Source: Minisyncoccota bacterium (lineage in GTDB: Bacteria; Patescibacteriota; Minisyncoccia; Phycocordibacterales; CSBR16-193). From it: a stretch of DNA of 40,662 nucleotides. The position numbers were made by a program, and so were the translations under genes. This document shows positions 8,830 to 16,580 of this stretch, piece by piece. The stretch lies in the NCBI GenBank assembly GCA_040905715.1, contig JBBDRA010000004.1, positions 1 through 40,662 of the forward strand. The letters run 5' to 3'. How positions within the stretch are numbered: the first letter of the stretch is position 1; each line of letters starts with the position of its first letter. Under the pieces are notes generated by a model. That model was not told the DNA's origin. It made no database searches and saw nothing but the letters and a program-made list of their open reading frames with translations.

Positions 8830-11800
8830 ATGATCTTCGCTCACAAAATACGCTTTATTGTACGCAATTTTTTGGTACTGGCAGCGGTCCTTGCAGTCAG
8901 TGTTCTTGTTGTGGCAGTTATTACTCAAGCAGCAGCTCCGTCTGGTGGATATGCTCCAGGGGCAACGCTTGATCCGGATTGTTCACCGGGCGATGCGGAC
9001 TGTACAGTTGCTGTCGGACCGGATGGAGCAACGAGTACGTTGCAGTACAACGATGGTGGTGTTTTGGGTTCAATAGCAAATTTCTTCTATGATTCCGGGA
9101 CCGGAAACATCGGTATCGGTACCTCAACACCTTCTTCGCTGTTCACTGTTTCAGGTACGATCGTTGCTAATGGGATACACGCCACCTCTACCGGCTTTAC
9201 GTTTCCTGACGGCACCACACAGACCACTGCGGCAAGTGCCGGTGCTAGCTCTGCTTCCTCAACCGGCGCGATCCAGTACTCCGACGGGTCAGGTGGATTC
9301 CTGGCAGATGCAGACAATTTCTTTTGGGATTCTTCTACAAGTCGGTTAGGAGTGGGGACGAATACCCCGAGCAGTACATTTGAAGTTGTTGGTGATAGTG
9401 TGTTGCTTAATTTCCTCGAAGATTACTCGGATTACGGCATTAAAACAGGGGGAGGTATTCACTTCTCTCAATGGAGTGATGCAGATCCAAATGTCTATTT
9501 TAATGTCTTTGAAGATGCTGGGTATTCATTTTTTAATAATGATGCAACAAATGAGCTATTGCGCATTACCAGCGATGGTCTTGTTGGTATTGGTACCAGC
9601 ACTCCATCTACGGCCCTTTCGGTCAACGGCGAAACTCTCGCGTCGTACTTCACTGCAAGCTCAACAACTGCCACCTCAACCTTCGGCAATCTCAAGCTTC
9701 TCGGTACCGGCCTAACCTTCTCCGACGGCACTCAACAAACCACCGCAGCAAGTGCCGGCGCTTCAGCTGCCTCGTCCACCGGCGCGATCCAGTACTCCGA
9801 CGGGTCAGGCGGATTTGTGGCAGATGCGGGCAACTTCTTCTGGGACGCGACAAATGATCGACTCGGTGTTGGGACCAACTCGCCAACATCACCGTTCCAT
9901 GTTTTGGCGGATACAATCTATGGGCTTACCTTGCAGCGGGATCGGTCTAGCGTTTCCTCAAATCTTATCGGATTCAACTCGAGCAATGACAGTTCGTATC
10001 TTTCCGGGTATGTGGGGTCGAAGAGTGCGCCGGGGGACGGGGAGGTGTATGTATACTCCGGATCTCGAGATGATGAAGTTCACAAGGTTGATTCTTCTGG
10101 TAACAATGTATGGGAATACACTGGGCACAGTGATGATATAAATTTTGTTGCTGTTGATTCAGACGGTAATGTGTACTCCGCATCAAATGACGATGAAGTT
10201 CACAAGATAGACTCTGCCGGGAATAACATTTGGACGTATACGGGGCATACGGGGAATGTAAGTGCTGTTGCTGTTGATTCGGGCGGTAATGTCTACTCGG
10301 CTTCAAGTGATCAGGAAGTTCATAAGATCGATTCAAGCGGCAATCAGGTTTGGACATACACCGGACACAATAGCAGTGTGAATGCTGTTGCTGTTGATTC
10401 AGACGGAAACGCATATTCCGCCTCTGATGATGACGGAGTTCACAAAGTAGATTCGAGTGGTAATCAGGTTTGGACGTATACGGGGCATAGCGACAGGATT
10501 CTTGCTGTTACTGTTGATTCGGACGGTAACGTGTATTCAGGATCTTTTAATACAGATGAGGTTCACAAGGTAGACTCGAGCGGTAATCAGGTTTGGGTGT
10601 ATTCCGGTCACAGTGAAGGTATACGGGCTATTGCATCTGATGCGGACGGTAATGTGTACTCTGCGTCGAATGATAATAGTCTCCATAAGATCGACTCAAA
10701 TGGTGATCATGTTTGGACGTATGCAGGCTACGGTAGTGCTAATGCAGTATCTGTTGCTGTTGATTCTAACGGTAATGTCTACTCCGGAGGGAATGACGAT
10801 ATTCTTCACAAGATCGACTCAAACGGTGATCAGGTCTGGACGTATACAGATCATGCCGGTTTTGTTTTGGGTGCTGCTGTCGACCCTGGTACTGAGGGTG
10901 CCGGCTTCTGGAGCGAGGCCATCCCCGCAACCGGCCCCGCGGCACTTGTTTTTGGTACGAACGAAACACCGACAAACTCCGGATCGATAGCTGAGCGTAT
11001 GCGCATCACCGGCGAGGGCTTGGTTGGCATCGGCACTACTAACCCGGACGAACTTCTCCACGTAGCCGGCAACGGACTTTTTGATGATCAATTATCCGCA
11101 GACACTCTCTCAGTTTCAACCACCACTGGTACGAGTACGTTCGCAAATGCGCTTGGTGTTGGTTCTACTTCAACGTCACTCGCAAACATTTTCAACGTTG
11201 ATGGCTCTGCTTCGATCGGTTCCTCGTACGGAGTATTTAACGCACCAACCAACGGTCTCATTATTGAGGGTAGCGTCGGTATCGGCACTACTACTCCAAC
11301 CACCGCACTCTCCGTTAACGGCGAAACTCTCGCGTCGTACTTCACTGCAAGCTCAACAACTGCCACCTCAACCTTCGGCAATCTCAAACTTCTCGGTACC
11401 GGCCTAACCTTCTCTGACGGCACTCAGCAAACCACCGCAGCTAGTGCCGGCGCCAGCGCTGCTTCGTCCACTGGCGCGATTCAGTACTCTGATGGGTCTG
11501 GTGGATTTTTGGCGGATGCAGATAATTTCTTCTGGGATGCGACAAATGATCGGCTTGGTATTGGGACAAATTCACCAGCGTCACCGTTTCATATCTCAGT
11601 GGATACAGAGTACGGTTTTACCTTGCAGCGGGATCGGTCATCACAGGGTTCGAATCTACTTCGATTTACCTCGAGTGACAATAGCTCTCATTTATCTGGG
11701 TATATTGGGTCAAGAAGTACAGCGGAAGACCAGGCTGTCTATCATTACACTGGTGATACTTCTGGAAATGTTCGTAAACTTGATTCGAGTAGTAATGTCG

Positions 11801-14028
11801 AATGGACAAATTCAAACGGCACGGGGGAAGTTATTGATGTTGCGGTTGATTCGAACGGTAATGTATACGCAGCATACTACGATGAAGATAAAATTAAAAA
11901 AATCGATTCGACAGGAAATCTTCTTTGGCAATTTGATGTTACTGGACCGCGCTCGGTTGCAGTTGGTACAGATGGATACGTATATACTGCAGGTTATGAT
12001 GATTCTGTTAGAAAAATTGATTCTTCAGGAAATCAAGTTTGGGTGAACAGTGCTGATATTTCATCCAATAATGCTATGGGTGTTGCTGTAGATACAGACG
12101 GTAATGTGTATGTGGGTGATAGTGATGCTATTAAAAAGTTTGATTCTGACGGTACTCTTATACAGTCATTTGGACAGGTTACAATGAAACTAAAAGTTGA
12201 CACCTCCGGGAACATATACAGTGGAGGAAATTCATCTGAATATGTTCGCAAGTACGATTCTGATTTCAATCTGCTTTGGACGTACAGCGGATTCGAAGAT
12301 AGTAGCGGTCCAGGTCAGTTTGATGGTATTACTGATATAGCGGTTGATGATGATGGTAATGTATATGCTGTTTCGAGGAACGATGATTGGGTGGCGAAGA
12401 TAAATTCAAATGGTAGTGAGGTATGGACGTACGATCTTTCGTCTACAGGAAGCGGAGTAGATGTTGATACGTCAGGACTTGTTTACGTAAGAGAGAACGA
12501 CAAGGTTACTATACTTGACTCGAGCGGTAATTTGGTAAGCGTCTATTCCAATTCATCAATTAATAATGCTGGCGGTATGGCTGTCGATCCTGGTTCTCAA
12601 GGCGCTGGTTTTTGGGACACGGTTGATGCTACCGGTCCCGCAGCTTTGGTGTTCGGTACCAACGAAACACCAACCGCTGCCGGCGCGGTTACTGAACGTA
12701 TGCGCATCACCGGAGAGGGGTTGGTTGGTATCGGTACGACTGCTCCTGATGAACTCCTCCACGTTGACGGGAACACGAAGGTGGGTGGTGAGTTGAAGGT
12801 TGCCACTACCACCGGCACCTCCACGATCACCAATGCTTTGGCGGTTGGTACGAGCTCAACTGATACCGCAAACCTCTTCACGGTCAGTGGCTCGGCAGTG
12901 ATCGGGTCGTCGTACGCAACAACCTCCGCGCCGACCGATGGCCTCTTAGTGGAAGGGTGGGTCGGTATCGGCACAAGCACGCCGGCGCATCCGCTAGCAC
13001 TAGCCTCAGGCGCACATGTTACCGAAGGGGGAACGTGGACTGATGCATCCAGTCGCGAGTACAAGGAGAACTTTGAGAGCCTGAGTGCGTCTACAACACT
13101 TGCCAGCATCAGAGAGCTCGATATAAGTCGATGGAACTATAAAGTTGAGAGTGAAAGTGTTCAACACATCGGACCGGTAGCCGAAGAATTTCATAAACTG
13201 TTCGGTGTTGGAACAGATAGAACCATCGCGTCGCTTGATACCTCAGGTGTTGCCCTAAGAGGAGTGCAGATACTGGCAGATCAGCATGACTTGCTTTATA
13301 GCGTACTTGACCTCTCCATAGATGATATTACGGCGGACTCAGGAGAACTTGTGCCGGAGGGAAGCAGGTTTATCGAGCTTGTAAAAGAAGCGCTCACACA
13401 TCTAGGTATTCAGATCAAGGATGGTGTTGTTTCAATTGCTCAGATCGGTGTTGAGTTGTTGCAAACGGATCGAATTGAAACACAGGAATTCTGTACTGAC
13501 GGCATCTGTCTTAACCAAAGCGAATTGAAGGCACTGATCCGTGATTATGCTCAAGGTTCTGATTCAACAGGAGATGAGGAAGAAGAGGAAAGTAATGATG
13601 CTAATGAAGAAGATAGGGGTGACGACAAGGAGACTGATCCGGATGATCAGGAAGATACAGATGATTATCCTGATGATGGCAATGCGGATGATGCTGGTAA
13701 TGAAAATGAAGACGCAGACAATGATGAGACAGAAGAAGGAAGCGAAGAAGATAACAAAAAAGAAGAGGGGGAGAAGGATGACAGTGATGAAAATGAAACT
13801 GATGACGGAGAGGGTCAAGGAGATGGTCCTGATGGTGAAGAGGGCGATGAAAAAGAATCGGGTGATGGTAGTGATGAGGACGACGAGAAGGTTGACGATG
13901 AAGAGCAGGAAACCGGCGATGAAACAGATGAAAGCGACAACGAAGACACCGATGAATCGGAGGACGATACAAGTGATGGTCAGTCTGAGGAAACAGGATC
14001 TGACGAAGGAGGTAGTGAAGATGAATAG
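8830..14028 (+). CDS. Giant tail-fibre-like surface protein with two 7-bladed beta-propellers, an S74-type intramolecular chaperone domain and a polyacidic tail
   Basis: 1732 aa. Signal/anchor FLVLAAVLAVSVLVVAVITQAAA. Recurrent fibre motifs are IQYSDGSGGF(L/V)ADA.NFFWD...RLG(V/I)GTN.P and GIGT(S/T)(T/N)P. Two blocks of 7 x ~40-aa blades. SSREYKENF...IGPVAEEF...SLDTSGV resembles the Peptidase_S74 chaperone. The last 157 aa are D/E-rich. Confidence 0.8.
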   Translation: MIFAHKIRFIVRNFLVLAAVLAVSVLVVAVITQAAAPSGGYAPGATLDPDCSPGDADCTVAVGPDGATSTLQYNDGGVLGSIANFFYDSGTGNIGIGTSTPSSLFTVSGTIVANGIHATSTGFTFPDGTTQTTAASAGASSASSTGAIQYSDGSGGFLADADNFFWDSSTSRLGVGTNTPSSTFEVVGDSVLLNFLEDYSDYGIKTGGGIHFSQWSDADPNVYFNVFEDAGYSFFNNDATNELLRITSDGLVGIGTSTPSTALSVNGETLASYFTASSTTATSTFGNLKLLGTGLTFSDGTQQTTAASAGASAASSTGAIQYSDGSGGFVADAGNFFWDATNDRLGVGTNSPTSPFHVLADTIYGLTLQRDRSSVSSNLIGFNSSNDSSYLSGYVGSKSAPGDGEVYVYSGSRDDEVHKVDSSGNNVWEYTGHSDDINFVAVDSDGNVYSASNDDEVHKIDSAGNNIWTYTGHTGNVSAVAVDSGGNVYSASSDQEVHKIDSSGNQVWTYTGHNSSVNAVAVDSDGNAYSASDDDGVHKVDSSGNQVWTYTGHSDRILAVTVDSDGNVYSGSFNTDEVHKVDSSGNQVWVYSGHSEGIRAIASDADGNVYSASNDNSLHKIDSNGDHVWTYAGYGSANAVSVAVDSNGNVYSGGNDDILHKIDSNGDQVWTYTDHAGFVLGAAVDPGTEGAGFWSEAIPATGPAALVFGTNETPTNSGSIAERMRITGEGLVGIGTTNPDELLHVAGNGLFDDQLSADTLSVSTTTGTSTFANALGVGSTSTSLANIFNVDGSASIGSSYGVFNAPTNGLIIEGSVGIGTTTPTTALSVNGETLASYFTASSTTATSTFGNLKLLGTGLTFSDGTQQTTAASAGASAASSTGAIQYSDGSGGFLADADNFFWDATNDRLGIGTNSPASPFHISVDTEYGFTLQRDRSSQGSNLLRFTSSDNSSHLSGYIGSRSTAEDQAVYHYTGDTSGNVRKLDSSSNVEWTNSNGTGEVIDVAVDSNGNVYAAYYDEDKIKKIDSTGNLLWQFDVTGPRSVAVGTDGYVYTAGYDDSVRKIDSSGNQVWVNSADISSNNAMGVAVDTDGNVYVGDSDAIKKFDSDGTLIQSFGQVTMKLKVDTSGNIYSGGNSSEYVRKYDSDFNLLWTYSGFEDSSGPGQFDGITDIAVDDDGNVYAVSRNDDWVAKINSNGSEVWTYDLSSTGSGVDVDTSGLVYVRENDKVTILDSSGNLVSVYSNSSINNAGGMAVDPGSQGAGFWDTVDATGPAALVFGTNETPTAAGAVTERMRITGEGLVGIGTTAPDELLHVDGNTKVGGELKVATTTGTSTITNALAVGTSSTDTANLFTVSGSAVIGSSYATTSAPTDGLLVEGWVGIGTSTPAHPLALASGAHVTEGGTWTDASSREYKENFESLSASTTLASIRELDISRWNYKVESESVQHIGPVAEEFHKLFGVGTDRTIASLDTSGVALRGVQILADQHDLLYSVLDLSIDDITADSGELVPEGSRFIELVKEALTHLGIQIKDGVVSIAQIGVELLQTDRIETQEFCTDGICLNQSELKALIRDYAQGSDSTGDEEEEESNDANEEDRGDDKETDPDDQEDTDDYPDDGNADDAGNENEDADNDETEEGSEEDNKKEEGEKDDSDENETDDGEGQGDGPDGEEGDEKESGDGSDEDDEKVDDEEQETGDETDESDNEDTDESEDDTSDGQSEETGSDEGGSEDE
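9625..9761 (+). repeat. Intragenic near-identical segment, copy A (partner at 11317-11453)
   Basis: 137 nt with 4 mismatches versus copy B, including a 71-nt identical run (9625-9695 = 11317-11387). The offset of 1692 nt is in frame. Confidence 0.9.
10042..10890 (+). repeat. Seven tandem ~120-nt coding repeats (propeller 1, highly uniform blades)
   Basis: (E/G/S/I)(V/L)HK(V/I)DS.G(N/D).(V/I)W.Y.G(H/Y)...AV(A/T)VDS.GN(V/A)YS occurs 7 times. The DNA motif GCTGTTGCTGTTGATTC recurs at about 10146, 10266, 10386, 10503 and 10750. Confidence 0.85.
11317..11453 (+). repeat. Intragenic near-identical segment, copy B
   Basis: See copy A. Flanking homologous sequence drops to roughly three-quarters identity by eye. 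Confidence 0.9.
11734..12593 (+). repeat. Seven divergent ~40-aa blades (propeller 2)
   Basis: VRKLDSSSNVEW, IKKIDSTGNLLW, VRKIDSSGNQVW, IKKFDSDGTLIQ, VRKYDSDFNLLW, VAKINSNGSEVW, VTILDSSGNLVS. Confidence 0.75.
13030..13330 (+). other. Peptidase_S74-like intramolecular chaperone / autoproteolysis domain (within the CDS)
   Basis: GTWTDASSREYKENFESLSASTTLASIRELDISRWNYKVESESVQHIGPVAEEFHKLFGVGTDRTIASLDTSGVALRGVQIL fits the S-(D/S)-R-x-x-K-x-N ... GxIAQE ... D..g pattern of endosialidase and tail-fibre C-terminal chaperones. Confidence 0.6.
13555..14025 (+). repeat. 157-aa D/E-rich low-complexity tail (GAT/GAA-rich DNA)
   Basis: Read directly from the translation (GSDSTGDEEEEESNDANEEDRGDD...GGSEDE). 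Confidence 0.9.
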
Positions 14029-14161
14029 TGTTTTTTCTTGACCTTAAAAACTTTACGTCCTTGCGCTACCAAGCCCGTAATGTGTATATATTACTTATAC
14101 ACACACGCTCGGGTAACCAGGTGCTACAATAAAAACATACTAACCAGTAAGCATTTTCTCT

Positions 14162-15193
14162 ATGGCAACTCGAGTAGCAATTAACGGTGTGGGGCGGATC
14201 GGACGGGCGTTCATCAAAGCGGCGTGGGCGCGCGAGGAATTAGATGTTGTTGCGTTAAATGATCTGGGCGATATTCACACGCTCGCGTATCTCTTGAAGT
14301 ATGACAGTGTATACGGTCGCGCTCCTTTTTCAGTGGAGGTGAGCGAGGACCAAAAGCAACTTATTATTGATGGAAAACCGGTTAATTTTTACTCTGAAAA
14401 AGACCCCACACAGTTGCCATGGGCGGAGGACAGAGAGAATATTGATGTGGTGGTTGAAGCGACCGGTGTCTTTCGAAAGTTTGAGGATGCTAAAAAACAT
14501 CAGGGGGCGGGAGCTCGACGAGTGGTTATTTCGGCGCCAGCAAAGAGTGACCCGACCGATGATACTCAAGGCACGGTCCTCATGGGAGTAAACGACGGTT
14601 CACTGGCAACGTGCCGGATCAGTTCAAACGGCTCGTGTACAACCAATGCCGGAGCGCCGATTGTTCAGGTGCTTCACGAGGCGATCGGGATAGAGAAAGC
14701 GATGCTGAACACAACCCATAGTTACACCGCCACCCAGGCACTGGTGGACTCACCGGACAACAAAGATCCGCGCCGCGGTCGGGCTGCTGCTGAGAATATG
14801 ATACCGACCACAACCGGTGCGGCGATAGCGACCACTAAAGTGATCCCTGATCTTGTTGATAAATTTGACGGCATCGCGGTGCGAGTGCCAACACCGGCCG
14901 GCTCGATCGCTGACATTACATTTGTGGCGAGTCGCGACACGAGTGCTGAGGAGGTGAACGATATTTTGCGCAGTGCCGCTCGAGACGAAAGGTGGAGCAA
15001 GACGTTTACGGTCACTGAGGAGCCGCTTGTTTCAAGTGATATTGTCGGAATGAATTTTGGCGCGATAGCGGATCTTGCTATGACCCGTGTTACCGGCGGA
15101 AATCTGGTTAAAGTGATGAGTTGGTACGATAACGAAGCGGGGTACACGCACACGTTGGTTGAGCATGTAATTGCAACCGGGAGACATATTTAA
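14162..15193 (+). CDS. gap: Glyceraldehyde-3-phosphate dehydrogenase, type I
   Basis: 343 aa. INGVGRIGR Rossmann motif, active site SNGSCTTNAGAP, WYDNEAGY. Confidence 0.92.
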   Translation: MATRVAINGVGRIGRAFIKAAWAREELDVVALNDLGDIHTLAYLLKYDSVYGRAPFSVEVSEDQKQLIIDGKPVNFYSEKDPTQLPWAEDRENIDVVVEATGVFRKFEDAKKHQGAGARRVVISAPAKSDPTDDTQGTVLMGVNDGSLATCRISSNGSCTTNAGAPIVQVLHEAIGIEKAMLNTTHSYTATQALVDSPDNKDPRRGRAAAENMIPTTTGAAIATTKVIPDLVDKFDGIAVRVPTPAGSIADITFVASRDTSAEEVNDILRSAARDERWSKTFTVTEEPLVSSDIVGMNFGAIADLAMTRVTGGNLVKVMSWYDNEAGYTHTLVEHVIATGRHI

Positions 15194-15215
15194 GCTCATT
15201 TTAGATCGCTTTTGT

Positions 15216-15243
15216 TCAACGCCTCAACGCGTTGAGGCGTTGA
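15216..15243. repeat. 28-nt perfect palindrome after gap (hairpin with no U-tract)
   Basis: TCAACGCCTCAACG/CGTTGAGGCGTTGA. Confidence 0.8.
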
Positions 15244-15295
15244 GTCTCTAGGTTTGTTTTGATCGTTCGACCATCGGCGTAGAGTAGAGAGGGTA

Positions 15296-15304
15296 TGGTA
15301 GAAT
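15296..15304 (+). promoter_or_regulatory. Extended -10 (TGgTAGAAT) 6 nt upstream of the rpiB ATG
   Basis: Sequence read directly. The spacing implies a leaderless or near-leaderless mRNA. No SD. Confidence 0.4.
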
Positions 15305-15310
15305 GCAATA

Positions 15311-15823
15311 ATGAAAATCTACTTCGGAACAGATCATGCCGGGTTTGAGCTCAAGGAGCAACTTGTGCCTTTTGTGCGTGACGAGCTTGGACATGAGGTC
15401 GAGGATCTGGGTGCACACGAGTATAACGAAGAAGATGACTATCCTGATCTTATCGCGCCGGTGGCGCGGAAGGTGTCTGAGAGCGCCCTTCGACAGGCTC
15501 AGGGCGAGCACGATCTGGGGATCGTGCTCGGCGGGTCAGGCCAAGGCGAGGCGATCGTGGCAAATCGATTCCCGCATGTACGAGCAGTAGTGATAAACGA
15601 TGCTGTTGGGTCAAGAAAGGAAGCCGGTGAGCCCAACGAAGTTGCTCTTTCCCGGGAGCATAATCAGGCGAACGTGCTTTCTCTGGGTGCTCGGTTTTTA
15701 AATAACGATGAGGCAAAAAAAGTGGTTAAAGATTGGCTTGAAACACCGGCGGAAAGCGAGCCACGGCATCTGAGGAGATTGCAAAAGATCGAGGAAGTAA
15801 CAAAACACCTTCACAGTAATTAG
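15311..15823 (+). CDS. rpiB: Ribose-5-phosphate isomerase B
   Basis: 170 aa. MKIYFGTDHAGFELK, GIVLGGSGQGEAIVANR and REHNQANVLSLGARF fit the RpiB/LacAB family. Confidence 0.88.
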   Translation: MKIYFGTDHAGFELKEQLVPFVRDELGHEVEDLGAHEYNEEDDYPDLIAPVARKVSESALRQAQGEHDLGIVLGGSGQGEAIVANRFPHVRAVVINDAVGSRKEAGEPNEVALSREHNQANVLSLGARFLNNDEAKKVVKDWLETPAESEPRHLRRLQKIEEVTKHLHSN

Positions 15824-15843
15824 AAGGTAGTAACCTGCTGAAA

Positions 15844-16572
15844 ATGGAAATAATCCCCGCCGTTTTACCCGAAGATTTCAATGACCTACGAGAGCACCTT
15901 GTGCTTGTTCGCGGCATTGCGCCACTGGTTCAGATCGATGTGACCGATGGTGAGTTCGTCCCGGATGCATCCTGGCCATACGCTAATGATCCGGACCGGC
16001 TTTTTAAGCGTATCGCAAATGAGGAAGAGGAGATGCCGTACTGGCAAGAGTTTGATTTTGAAGTTGATCTTATGGTGCACCGAGCCGAGTTAGTGATCGC
16101 TGATTGGATCAATGCCGGCGCTCGACGGGTAGTGCCCCATATTGAGTCAAAGAGCGATATAGAAAAGATCATTGCGGATCTTCGCGCGATAACCCGGGAC
16201 AAGGATTCCGCTGCGTACACTGAGGTTGGCCTGGCTGTTAATACTACAACCCCACTAGAGAGGGTGACGCAGTGGATCGCTTCAAGTGATGAGGAAGACG
16301 GTATTGATTTTGTTCAGTGTATGGGAATAGAGCAGATCGGGTATCAGGGGCAGGATTTTGATGAGCGGGTGCTGAAGAAAATAACAGAACTTCGCTCTCA
16401 GTATCCGGAGCTGCCGATCAGTGTTGATGGCAGTGTGAATTTTGACACCGTCGCCGAGCTTACCGAGGCCGGAGCGACCCGACTCGTGGTCGGCTCGGCG
16501 TTGTTCGAAAGTCCGGATATCCACACCGCCATAGAACACCTTAAAGGTGGTACAATGGAAAGTATAGAGTAG
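15844..16572 (+). CDS. Ribulose-phosphate 3-epimerase-like TIM-barrel protein (divergent)
   Basis: 242 aa. IIPAVLPEDF, QIDVTDGEFVPD, VDLMV, VDGSVN and VVGSALF are collinear with RPE motifs, but with substitutions at the canonical His ligands. Confidence 0.6.
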   Translation: MEIIPAVLPEDFNDLREHLVLVRGIAPLVQIDVTDGEFVPDASWPYANDPDRLFKRIANEEEEMPYWQEFDFEVDLMVHRAELVIADWINAGARRVVPHIESKSDIEKIIADLRAITRDKDSAAYTEVGLAVNTTTPLERVTQWIASSDEEDGIDFVQCMGIEQIGYQGQDFDERVLKKITELRSQYPELPISVDGSVNFDTVAELTEAGATRLVVGSALFESPDIHTAIEHLKGGTMESIE

Positions 16573-16580
16573 ATTTTTTT

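Noticed and set aside
10042-10890. Regular ~120-nt periodicity considered as a CRISPR-like array
   Set aside because: The whole period is coding (propeller blades). There is no short invariant repeat alternating with unique spacers, and no cas genes.
9180-11590. Repeated segments in the fibre gene as a diversity-generating retroelement template/variable repeat pair
   Set aside because: The mismatches between copies are a mix of G/A, C/T, A/G and A/T rather than adenine-specific. No reverse transcriptase or accessory gene is in the window, and both copies are in-frame parts of one duplicated protein module.
13541-14041. Alternative-frame ORFs (166 aa on the plus strand; 84 and 123 aa on the minus strand) over the acidic tail
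   Set aside because: They are artefacts of GAT/GAA-rich low-complexity DNA; the frame continuous with the fibre protein is the real one.
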